Part shown: positions 24,170 to 36,039 of the stretch, in pieces | Position numbering within the stretch: the first letter of the stretch is position 1 | How the letters are laid out: each line of letters starts with the position of its first letter | NCBI RefSeq assembly: GCF_009834535.1 | Contig: NC_045696.1 | Span: 21,950,001-22,014,000, forward strand | Reading direction: 5' to 3' | DNA: 64,000 nucleotides | Source of the DNA: Camelus ferus | Lineage: Eukaryota | Program-made: the position numbers and the translations under genes | Notes under the pieces: model-generated | Seen by the model: only the letters and a program-made list of their open reading frames with translations | Databases searched by the model: none | What the model was told of the DNA's origin: nothing

Positions 24170-26470
24170 GCACATGTCATACTATCACATTTAAGAGAAC
24201 TGCCTTCCAGGTTCTGGCAGAAGAATGCAAGCTATACAGTGAAACTACATGTTGATGGAATCCTGGGTCAAATTTTGAAGATGCCATGATAGCTTTTAAA
24301 AGTCCTGTTATTTTCTGCTCAATGGAACAAAAGGAATAAGAAAAGATCATTTTTCAGATAAATAATTGCATACCAGGTGTCAGGGTACGTTGATTTGCTC
24401 CAGTAAGTAGATCACATTTGAAACAGCAGTTGTGACTGAAGTAACCACCTGTCATTTTCTAGAACTCATCTATCTTCAGCACCAGCCATACTGTAAAGAT
24501 AAAGGAGGATGGGGTAAACATCAACTGTCCACATCTTTCAAGTATTTGATTGTGGCACAAACCTCTGCTCTTCCATAGAGATATGCTATTGCTTGGGTCA
24601 AAATTCTATTTATCAGCTAACTTTCCATAAATGCCTACACTGCCTGGCAGTCTGCAGTAGCACTGTGAACCCTTAGAAATTAGTGTCTGCTCACAGGCAT
24701 TGTCAACGAATCATAAAAATGAGACAATGGTGATGGCAAGTGGAAACAGGATAATCTGGAGAATCCTAGAATGGCAGATTCACACTGTGTGTCTGTTTTT
24801 CCTCAAAGGTACTTTAAACTCTCTTCATTCTTAGATACTGAGTTGATTCAATTAGGAAAAGGGGTGAACATTCTATAAAGTGTAATTCATCAGGCCTTAG
24901 TTCAAATCAATCAGGAACTTAGTGGACTCCCCTGCTACCTAATATGGGATGCAGGTAAGCCATTCTGATACCACACTAACTTTGCTGCCCACTTTGTCAG
25001 TGATGGTGAAGAGGCTCTTTGGCCTCTGCTTCCCCAGAGTCTAACTCTCCCTGCTGCAATCAAGGAAAAAGTTTCACCTGCAACATCTCACTGTGCGCCC
25101 AGTCTACAGAGAACAACCTCTAAAGCCCCTTTCCAAGGAAATGGCGTTTTTCTCATGAATTTATTTTTCAAGGTCTTGGTAAATAAAGTATATTCTGAGC
25201 CACATTAGGTCATATTAGATAAATTCACCTCATCACTTCAGTCTCCTAAAGTCTTTGAACTTCTTCTGCATTATTACCAAGAAACTTCTGGCATCTCTCA
25301 TTAAATATGGGCCATCATTAAGTACAGGTTTCAATCTGTACTTGAAATTGGACCAAGCAAACAATTAAAGTCATTCTCAGAGTGGAAATGAGAAAAGTTG
25401 TCTTGGTAAGAATCTCCCACAGATTAAACACTTATGACATCTTAAATAGACGGAACACAAGGGATTTTTACGGCAATGAAATTATTCTGTATGATACTAT
25501 AGTGGTGGCTACATGTCATTATGCATTTGTCAAAACCCAAAGAATGTACAACATCAAGAGTGAACCCTAATGTAAACTATGGACTTTGGTTGAAAATAAT
25601 GTGCCCATGTTGGTTCGTCAATTGTACCAAATATGCCACACTGATGAGGGATGTTGAGGGTAGGGGAGTATATACGTATGGGTAGGGAGGGCTATGTGGG
25701 AACTCTGTATTTTCTGCTCAATTCTGCTGTAAACCTGAAACTGCTCTAAAAAAATTCAGTCTATTAAAAAAAATGATGACATCTTTTTTTTAACATTTTT
25801 TATTGAGACAACATCTTAAAGCAAAAAGAGAACAACTTTTTGAGAAAGAGGAGGAAAGGCTTACATTAGTTGGCATGAAAGGGTCAGTGGAGTTAGCAGT
25901 TTAAGCTCTGCCAAGTGCTTCACATCATCCTAGATACTGCCATCCCAATTCTCAGTTTCCAGACTTTTTTTAAAAAGATATCATGGACCAGAAAAACCAA
26001 CTGGCATACTAATTTAGTAATTAATTGATTTAGCCAAACTATTGATTTGGCTCATGACTAATTCACACCTATGGCTTTAAAAGGTTAGTGAATCTTTGGC
26101 ATGGTCATAGAAAATTGATGCCTTGAGCTAAGAATCTAGGCATTCCAACTTGTCACTCTACTTCTCTGATCTGTCCAGTACTGTCAGAAAAAGCCATCTC
26201 ACCCAACAGTCCTTGACTTTTTTATACCTCTCCTATTTTTCTAAGGCAAGAGACATTGGATTTCCCAAAGATTTTCCTTCAAAGGATATTTTATTATAAT
26301 TGATCACAGGTAAAAATTTAAATAACTATATCACTACTGCATACAATAAATTTTCAGATTATTTTTCCAGAATCTTAAGAAGATTTTCACTGCCTTTAGT
26401 CCTTACTATATCAAATTTGACCTAGTTCCACTCCTCGTAAGAATTCCTGTATTCTTGGTTACAAACAACA
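24170..26470 (-). mobile_element. Decayed ERVL-class internal region (gag/pol remnant) with LTR stub
   Basis: The minus strand 24574-24333, read through frameshifts, gives [66 protein letters not shown]. This matches the ERVL RT N-terminus as I recall it ([67 protein letters not shown]). A gag-start-like sequence lies at ~26180-26440 and an LTR16-like stub (tgtattcttggttacaaacaacag) at ~26447-26470. The RT part is secure; the outer bounds are less so. Confidence 0.75.
25447..25773 (+). mobile_element. L1MC1-like 3' end
   Basis: ttctgtatgatactatagtggtgg..gtgaaccctaatgtaaactatggactttgg..gtaaacctgaaactgctctaaaa..ctattaaaaaaaa. Flanking duplication atgacatctt. Confidence 0.9.
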
Positions 26471-26483
26471 GGATCCTGTTCCA

Positions 26484-29178
26484 GGGGGTGGGTAAGATGA
26501 CAGAGTGGGAGGACCCTGAGCTCATCTCCTCTCACAACTACACCAAAATTACAACTACTTACAGAGCAGCTATCGATGAGAATGACCTAAAGACTAACAG
26601 AAAAGATTTTCCACAAACTAGAGATATAAAGAAGGAACTACAATGAGACAAGGGGCAGAGACACGGTATAGTCGAGACCTGTATACCCAGAGTAGGTGAC
26701 CCATGAACAGGAAGATAACCAAAATTTCAGAGGTTCTTCTCTAGGACAAGGGATCTGAGCCCAACATTGGGCTCCCCAGCCTGTGAATCCTGCACCTGGA
26801 AGACAAGCCACCAGGATGTCTGGCTTTGAGAGCCAGTGGGACTTGCATATGGGAGAGCAGTAGGGAAGAGAGACTCCACTCTCTTCAAAGGGCACATGGA
26901 AAATCTCAAACATGCTGTGACCCAGCACAGAGACATTAATTTAAGAGAAGCCTGGGTCGGACCCACTTGCTGATCTTGGAGACACTCCCAGCGGGGCAGG
27001 AGGCCACTGGGAACCCCCCTGCAGATATAGAAATGGTGACAGCGGCCATCTGGAGGGAGGTTGTTCTATCATGAGGACAGTGGTGCCAGCAAGAGTCATT
27101 TTGGAATCCTCCCTCTAGCTTATTAGTGCTGGGACCCAGTCCTGCCCACCAGCTGGTTGGCACCAGTCTAAGACCCCACAGACAGAGAAGCCAGTTGTGT
27201 GGGAACTCAGCAACATCCAGCTGCAAGCTGGGACCAGCAACAGTACTCCCAAATCACCCACGCATGCCCACTAGCCAGCCAGCACCAGCACTGGGATTTC
27301 TACTTCCAAACTCATTCTATGAGGCCACTATCACCCTGATATCAAAACCAGACAAAGATATCACAAAAAAGAAAACCACAGGCCAATACCCCTGATGAAC
27401 ACAGATGCAAAAATCCTCAACAAAATACCAGCAAACCAAATTAAACAATACATTAGAAGGATCATACACCATGATCAAGTGAGATTTATCCCAGGGATGC
27501 AAGGTTCAATATCCACAAATCAGTCAAAGTGATACATGGCATCAACAAAGTGAAGATTAAAAACCGTATGATCAACTCAATAGATGCAGAAAAAGCTTTT
27601 GACAAAATTCAACATCCACTTATTACAAAAACTCTCAACAAAGTGGGTATAAAGGGAATATACCTCAACATAATAAATAACGTAATATGACAAACCTACA
27701 GAAAACATCATACTCAACAATGAAAATCTGAAAGCATTTCCTCTAAGATCAGAAACAAGACAAGATTGCTTTGGCTACTCAGGGACTTTGTGTAACCATA
27801 CAAATTTTAGAATCATATGTTCTAGTTCTGTGAAAAAATGCTATTGGTACTGTAATAGGGATTGCACTGAATCTGTAGATTGCCTTGGGTCTATGGTGAT
27901 TTTAATAATATTAATTCTTCTAACCCATAAACTATTATATCTTCCCACTTATTTATTTCATCTTCATTTTCCTTCATAAGTGTCTTATAGTTTTCTGAGT
28001 ACAAGTCTTTTACCTCCTCAGTACGTTTATTCCTAGGTATTTTATTTTTTTTTGACGTGATTATAAATAGGATTGTTTTCTTGATTCCTTTTTCTGAAAA
28101 TTTGCTGTTAGTGCATAGAAATGCAACAGATTTCTGTATATTAATTTGGTATCCTGCAATTTAATAAATTCATTTATTAGTTCTAAGAGTTTTCTGATAG
28201 TCTTTAGGATTCCTATTTATAGTATCATGTCATATGCAAACAGTGACAGTTTTACTTCTTTCTTTTCAATTTGAATGCCTTTTAACTTTTTTTCTTGCTT
28301 GATTTCTGTGGCTAGGACCTCCAATACTATGTTAAATAGATGTAGTGAGAGTGGGCATGCTTGTCTTGCAGGGCCTGAGGTCTCAGGGGCTGGTGCTATC
28401 CTGCTGGTGAGTGGGGCTGGGATCCTACGTGGCTGGCTTTAGGGTCTAGATTGATTGATTGATTGATTGATTTAAAAGTAGAACAAAGATGGCAGCATCA
28501 CACTTTTTTATTTCAAACTATACTACAAAGCTATAGTAATCAAGACAGTATGGTACCAGCACAAAAACAGCTAGATAGATTAATGGAACAGAAAAAGAGA
28601 GCCCAGAAATGAAGCCAACCTTATATGGTCAATTAATCTATGGCAATGGAGGCAAGAATATACAGTGGGGAAAAGATGCCCTCTTCAATAAATTGTGTTG
28701 TGAAATCTAGACAGCTATGTGCAAAAGAATCAAACTGGGCTACTTTCCCACACTATATACAAAAATAAACTCAAATGAATTAAAGACAGAATATTAAGTG
28801 AAGTACATCAGACAGAGAAAGACAAATATATCACTTATATGTGAAATCTGAAAAAATAATGAAATGAACTTATTTAACAAACCAGAAATAGACTCACAGA
28901 CATAAAAGACAAACTATGGTTATCAAAGGGGAAAGTAGTGGGGAGGAATAAATTAGGAGTTTGGGATTAACATATACACAATACTATGTAAGACAGATAA
29001 ACAAGGACCTACTGTGTTCAATATCTTGTATTGAATCGAATCTTATATTGTAAAGAATCTGAAAAAGAACATATATAGTTATATATCATTGAATCATTTT
29101 GCTGCACAACTGAAACTAACACAACATTGTCAATCAACTATACTTCAATTTAAAAATTTTTTAAATAATATAAATAAA
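26484..29178 (+). mobile_element. Internally deleted and partly inverted cetartiodactyl-type L1 (5'UTR, ORF2 pieces, 3'UTR)
   Basis: 5'UTR 26484-~27298. ORF2 RT ([19 protein letters not shown]) on + to 27764, ORF2 inverted 27765-28368, ORF2 on + 28474-~28788, then 3'UTR and A-rich tail to ~29178. Confidence 0.88.
28449..28472. repeat. (GATT)6 microsatellite
   Basis: Six perfect GATT units at an L1 rearrangement junction. Confidence 0.95.
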
Positions 29179-29544
29179 GTTGACATCCCTATAAATACTT
29201 ATCTATATCATTAGGAGAGGTGTTATTGGTTCATTCATGTCAATGAAAATAATGTCTCACCTCATTTCATTTGATAAGGAAGAAATTAAAGAGGCCATAA
29301 GAATGCTTCAAAAAAATTAAGGGAAGTGACAAAGGGAAGAAGGCATAATGGACAATATAACATGCGTGGCCCACTTAACAATTTTTCATGTCTGGTTCTA
29401 AATTAGACCAGACCCCAAAAAATAAAGAGATTGGATTTATAAAATCTCCTTTCATTTTTATCATTAAAAAAAGATGCAGCTGTTCATTTAGATATAAAGT
29501 ATACATCTATCTGTAAACTGGGCTGGGCTAAACAAGTGGCTTTG

Positions 29545-29703
29545 AAATCATTTATTCAACAATATTCAACAAATATTTATAGGGCATATATTATGCAGTA
29601 GTAACCGTCTAGGCACTGGGGATAAAATACTTAACAAGACAAACCTAGTTTCTGATCTTAAGAAGCTTATATGGAAAAAGAGATAATAAACAGGTTACAT
29701 AGT

Positions 29704-29735
<32 letters not shown>

Positions 29736-29870
29736 AAAAAGGAAACGTTAAAAGGAAATAAGATGTGATGGAGAATAACATATAGGAGAGGTAGCTAATT
29801 TACTTGTAGTATACAGAAATTTCCTACAGACAGATGATATCTCAGTTAAGAGCTGACATATGAGATTTCT
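29545..29870 (-). mobile_element. L2 3' end containing a (GATA)n(GACA)n microsatellite
   Basis: tattcaacaaatatttat..ctaggcactggggata..aacaagacaaa; tagatagatagatagacagacagacag at ~29705-29734. Confidence 0.7.
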
Positions 29871-31114
29871 GCCATTTTTGTATTTTTATTCGTATGGTTT
29901 GGAGGAGCTGAAATGACTCTAAGGTCACAAAAAGTTATAGAATTAAAGATTAACGTAAGAAAGAACAAGGTAGTGGTTAATACTAAAAGGCATTATACTT
30001 TACCTAAGTGTTGGCTTCTCAGCACTCATTTCAAGATGAAATTCCCATTACCTAAGTTACACCTAACATCTACAAATCATACCAAACTTTAGGTAATTCA
30101 TGTGCTATTCTTCTATGTAACTACAGAGTGATAGTATAATTAAGTATAATTTGCACTTTGCTTTGTATCAGTGATTCCCAAATCTACAATTAGGAGATAA
30201 TTATTTAGGTTTATTCCAATTTAGTTTAATTATTGCTTTAAGAAAACTAATAAAAAGGCATGTTATTTCTAGAAAGGAATCTTTTAAGGTATTACTTGCT
30301 TTATACTTCAGTTTCCTTTGTTGAAATGGAATTAAAGAGGCAAATTTTGTGAGACTCAATTTTAAACTTCATACACTTCAAAAACTGTAATCCTGAAATT
30401 TGACCAAAAAGTAATGATTGTGTTTAACCTTGGACTATAAAACATCTTGCAGGCTCCTTGAAGTCAGCAAACTGTATCTTCCACACCTTGCACTTAATTG
30501 GTACTCAGTAAATGCTTACTTGAGACTGATTTAAGGAATCAGATGGATTCCGTTTACATAAAACATCCTTTGATTTCTTGTAATCAGTGTCACACAAAAG
30601 AAGAAACAATTTTGGTGTGTGAAAAAAGCAAAGGAGTGCATTTTTTGGAATGTTAATGCATACAATAGAGGGAAGTCACATTTGCAATAACCCTGCCATA
30701 AAGTGGAGCTGTACTTATGCATCTGTTCCATCTGCCATCAATTAGTTTGATGAAAACAGGCTAACAGTGCAGTAGTGATTAGCAGGAAAGATTAAATTCA
30801 TTTCAGTTTTAATTACAAATTTTTGCCCTTAAAGTTTTATTGGCTTGAAGGAACCCCTACTGTTCCCTTGTTTCTCCTCCACAGTTGATGTGCATTTTAC
30901 TAGTTCACTTCAAAATTATTAATGCATTTTATTTGGTACTTATTTCTAACTACAGACTTTATCCACAAATGTTGTTGATGTGCCCATATGCCAGAATAAG
31001 CATAACTAAGACTATTCAAATCTTACTAATTCAAGTACAAATGATCTTCAGTAGCAAATGTGGCATCTGCTGTACGTAGAGAACTCTGAGATTTACACAC
31101 TTGTCACTAGAATT

Positions 31115-31292
31115 GTTTGTTTCCTTCATTGACTGATTCATTCATTTATTCATTCAACATATATTAATTTAGTGCCTATTATGTCCCAGGCACTGATATA
31201 GGTGATTATGATACAGAAGTGAACAACAACAACAAAAAAGAAACAAAAATCCCTGACCTCACAGAGTCTATATTATACTGGCTGGAAATAAC
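31115..31292 (-). mobile_element. L2 3' end
   Basis: ttcattcatttattcattcaaca..agtgcctattatgtcccaggcactg..aaaatccctgacctcacagag. Confidence 0.85.
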
Positions 31293-31675
31293 AAATGGGC
31301 TGAATTGCCCAAAATTCATATATTGCAGTTCCAATCTCCAGTATCTCAGAATATAACCATACTGGGGATAAGGTCTTTAAAGAGGTCATTAAGTGAAAAT
31401 GAGGTCTTTAGGGTGGGCTCTAATTCAATATGACTGATGTCCTCATAAGAAGAAGAAATTTGGACAGGGGCATAGATACAGAGGAAAGAGCACATGAAGT
31501 CTAAGGGAGAAGACAGCCATCTACAAATAAGGAGAGAGGCCACAGAATGAAATCAACCCTGTTAACTACTTAATCTCAAGATTCTAGTCTCCAGAACGGA
31601 GAAAAAGTAAATTTCTGTTGTTTAAGCCACCCATTCTGTGGAATTTTGTTATGGCAGCCGTAGCAAACTAAAGCA
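31293..31675 (+). mobile_element. MaLR solo LTR (MLT1B-like)
   Basis: atgggctgaattg..aaaattcatat..gtctttaaagaggtcattaag..tttaagccacccattctgtgg..gcagccgtagcaaactaa. Confidence 0.9.
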
Positions 31676-34600
31676 CCAATAAATAAAATAAAAAAAAAAT
31701 CATAAAGATGTAAATGATGTCATAGTTTAGAAAGGTATATGTTTAAAAAAAAAAAGACCAATAAAAGAGAACTGTGAAACAGGAAGACCATCATATGCTC
31801 CCATCTCTGAGAAAATCATTACAAATGTGGATACTCACCAATTCTATAAAAATAAGACCACAGCCAGAGAGGTTCTTGATAAGGGGAAAGAAATGTTTTC
31901 ATAAGACTCTACCAATTATTTTTCTTCTATCATTCTTCCCTTGTTAATACAGCAAAGTTTGATCATTTATGGGTATGGTTTACAGCATTAAAATTTTCTA
32001 ATGTGTTTACTAGTCAAGGTTAAGCTAGCCAAGAAACCAGTATTGAACCAGACTGTCTGATATTTTAACACCTAATTTGATGAAAAGAAAAATTTTAGAA
32101 GACACATTAATGTCTACTTTTAAATACTATATTTTTATTGTGCTTTGAGTCAAAAACACAATATTTCTGAACTTTACCTAGCAGAAATTAGACCACACAC
32201 TTTTAAAACTGTGAGAAGTTTTTCCCCTTAAATTCTAAAAATAAAAGCAGAAACTTTCTTGGGGGTAGAGTCTTTTGGGCTCCAGGAAATAACACTTTGC
32301 TGTGCAGACTTAGTCAAGCAAGTGTAACCCACAAGATGGATATATTCCCCATTCTTGAGGTTAGACCAGACATTAGTTAAGTAATGCAAATGCATATAGC
32401 TCAGCTTTATGAAGTATTCTATTTAATAATGTAAAATTCACCAGGTCAGTGAGTGAAAGGCCGTGCAGAAGGTATGTGTCTAAAGAAAGTACAAAATTCC
32501 ATCATCTTCTATGGGTGAGCCAAAACCATTCCACGAGCAGGATTCTCAATAAAATAGGACTTCCAAAGATTGGCAAACTGCTTCATGATATCATCAAAGA
32601 ATGAGGTAAGGAGTGATTCAGTAGATTTGGCTACTGCTCACTCCCTTTCTCCCCAACCCCCCCACCACCGCCCCATGTGGAGATGCATCCTGCCTGTTCC
32701 AGAAAAGAGTCAACCATAGACTTGCTGTATCTTCAGAACTGCCTCTTTTCAATGGAAGAAAAGGAGAAAAATATCCTTTTTGAGGGCATCTTCAGATTTG
32801 TTCACAAGTCAAGAAGAATTTCAATTTTTTTGTCTTACTTGTACAGTCCTAAATAAACCAGTTTAGAAGCTTTATTTCATCTGAACTTCTAAGTCTCTGA
32901 ATTCATCAAAACTCATGAGTTGTGCCTGACTCTACTTTTTCTCTGTTATTATTATGCTCACAGTTCTATCTACCAGTGTATAAAATTCAGAATCAAAGAA
33001 GAAAAGGATACCAGTGGTCCTTAGGCAAACAAATGAGCCATATCTTTACTATCGTGGTGATAAATATTTCCAAAATGCATTTTAAGCATTTAGATTTTGA
33101 ATTTCTTCACTAACAACTAAGTTAATTGGGGGAAAAAAAATAAGGTAAGGAGATAGCTTTAGGTAGAAATGCAACAAAAACAGTTATATAAGGGTCTCCA
33201 GCCAACAATTACAGCACAGTGAGGAAATACATATTGAAGATTTGGGGCAGCCAAAGTTACTCTCATAGGGGAAAAAACTATCTCCTGCCTTCTCTTTTAC
33301 CATAGCTAATCACTAGTTTTTCATGCTCTGAAAAGCAGATATTTTGTGCCTTTTCAACTCCTTTCCAAGGCATGTTTATATTATACAGCAATTCTTTCCT
33401 GGAAAGCCATTTGTATGCTGTTTTATTGATCCTCACAACCTCAGTATGAGAAAGGGCAATGGAATGTAAAAATATTTATACATTGTAGATATAAAAGATT
33501 AAGGTCATATAAGGGGTAAAGGTAATTCCTGCTTTAAACCCTCAATCCTCTGACTCCCTCGACCAATGTAATTAGTCAAGGAGAGACAACAAGCTAGAGC
33601 ATATTTGCCAAAGATGATGGGGGACAAGACCGGAAGACTGTCAGATGTGGTACCTGCCCCAGCCAGCTGCGTCTTTACAGACAGGCGTTAAACCAGATGC
33701 ACAGCCAAGAACTCCACACATCTTGACACTTGGTCACTCTTCATTCCTGATTGGGTTCGTGGCTCCACACACTGGCATCCTTTCTGTTACCCAAGCTCAG
33801 CTCTGTCCTGACCCACGCTTTTCCCACCCCTGCCTGCTACCATGCAGGGTGGCCTGCATCCTGTGGGTTACCAGCTGGAGCTGGCTCCTGTAAATAACAT
33901 CCCTCTCAAGCTGGTGCATACCACAAGCAACTGGCCACCCAGTTCTTCACAGCGGCTTAGCCTCCACGCCACCTCCCCCAGAGAGCAGCTCCAGCTGGGG
34001 AAGCTCTTTGTAGTGAGCCGGCCCCCACCCACTTATCCTCAGCTGGTTCCAGCCAGTTGCTGCAGCCAAGCCATCAGGCCCACCTATGTACTGACACAGG
34101 CCAAACCCAAGAATACTAGTGAAGTGGCTAGACTATCTCTTCTTTAAGTGTCCCGAGCCACTCCAGAGACAGCTGAGTGGCCCATTCTTGCTCTAAATAG
34201 CTATCAAATAATTCCTGTTAAATCTCCCGTTAGGCATTTAGACAAAAGACATTAAGACGTTAATGTGGGCCTTCCTCTCTCCTTCGGTCAATCCTGTCTT
34301 CCCAGGCTTATCTCTAGGGAAGAGTGGAGAAAGCATTGAACTTGGAATAAAGAAATCAGGTTCAAAGGGAACCTGAGCAATTACCCTCTCAGAGCCTCTG
34401 TTGTGGGGAGCACTGGAAAAGATCATGCTTATTAGGGAGCTTAGAATAACAAACCACACCTAAGAGTGTCTCAGTACAAGTTAACAGAAATTTCAACCGA
34501 ATTTAGAAAAGCATCTCTGGGCAAAACATCATGAAGCAATAAGAGTTAATATTATAGGGGATGGGTCCTGAAAGGGCCAATCGCTCTGGCTATTCAAAGT

Positions 34601-34731
34601 TAACCAGAAACTTGTGGCTTGGGACTGGAAAAATTAAGACTCCTTGACACTCATTTTTTTCTCCTTAAAACCTTCCATTTGATTAACTTCCAGGTGTCCA
34701 AGTAAAGGCAAAAAAATTCATCAAGGGGGAC

Positions 34732-35128
34732 TGTGGAAGGTCAAAAATGCCTCCCTAAAAGGCCCACATCAAACCCCTAGCGCCTGTGAATGTCACCTTA
34801 CTTGGGAAAAGGTCTCTTTTGCAACCACCCTGGATTATTTAGGTGTGCCCTAAAAGCGTTCTTAAAAGAGAAAGGCAGAGGAAGTTTGAAACAGAAGAAA
34901 GGGCAGTGACTGGAGTAATGCAGCCACAGGACAAGGAATGCCTGTAGCCACCCGCAGCTGGCAGAGGCCAGGAATAAAATCTCGCCTGGAGCCTCTGGAA
35001 GGAGGGCAGCCCCGCCAACACCATGATTTCAGACTTTTGGCCTCCAGGCCTGTGAGACAATAAACTTTGTTGTTTTACATCACCGAGTTTGTGGTAATTT
35101 GTTGCAGTAGCCCTGGCAAAATAATACA
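34732..35128 (+). mobile_element. MaLR solo LTR (MLT1C/D-like)
   Basis: TGTGG..cctgtgaatgtcaccttac..ggagcctctggaagg..ggcctccag..gtttgtggtaatttgttgcag..taataCA. Confidence 0.88.
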
Positions 35129-35150
35129 GTGCCCTTGACAGAAACCAATG

Positions 35151-35491
35151 TGTATTAGTGGGTTCAGCCTGCTATAACAAAATACCATAAACTGAGTGGT
35201 TTAAACAGCAGACGTGGCAAGTTCAAGAACAAGGCACTGGCAGATTTGGGTCCTGGTGATGGCCCTCTCCTGGCTTGCAGACGGCTGCCTTCTCACTGTC
35301 CTCACATGACACACACAGAGAAAGACAGGAAGCAAGCTCTCTGGTGTCTCTTCTTATAAGGGCACTAATCCCATCATGAGGGCCCCCATCATATTCTTCC
35401 AAAAGCTCATCTCCAAATATTATGATACTTGGCAGTTAGGACTTCAACATATGATATGGGGGAAGGGGAGCACAAACATTCAGTCCATGGC
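35151..35491 (-). mobile_element. MaLR solo LTR (MLT1A-like)
   Basis: tgtattagt..ctgctataacaaaataccataaactgagtgg..tcttataagggcactaatcccatcatgagggcc..aaacattcagtccatggca. Confidence 0.88.
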
Positions 35492-36039
35492 ACCCTTCCA
35501 ATGATGTTTCAGGAACAAGACTGCTCACAGGGAAATGATTTATTTCTCCTTCCTCCAATATCATACACTCTCCCACTACTTACCAGTCACAGAGGGTCGC
35601 ATTGTATTTTCTACATGAGGTCATGGGGAAAGCAGAGAGACTTCTAATCAGTTCTAATCATCACTCTAGTTATTATTTCTATCTCTCTGAAATTCATTCA
35701 CTCGTTCAGCTAAGCTATGTAAGATATATATTAAGCAACGACATCATTGGGGATCAAGGTGGAGGAATATATAGATGTTTTATTTAACATACAATCTACA
35801 ATCTGGGACCCTTCTATCTAGAGTGATCCAGTCTACTTTACGCCAGCAGACAAGGAGAATAAGCCTCAAGTTACCTTTCCTCATCTGAAAGGAAACCGGC
35901 CACTAGACAAGGTGAACTAGAATTGGAATAAAAAAAAAAAAACAGGTAGTCAGAGAGCGAGAGTGCAGCAAAGCTCAATGCGTGATGCAGATGCCTGGGG
36001 TACTGGAACCAAAATAAAGAATCTCTTGACTGTCACTTA

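Noticed and set aside
25318..25346. Small hairpin aagtacag-N8-ctgtactt
   Set aside because: An 8-bp stem inside decayed ERV sequence is expected by chance in 64 kb.
33645..34147. Two overlapping ORFs in the GC-richer island
   Set aside because: Stop-poor composition explains them and the peptides are unrecognisable. The region is better explained as regulatory.
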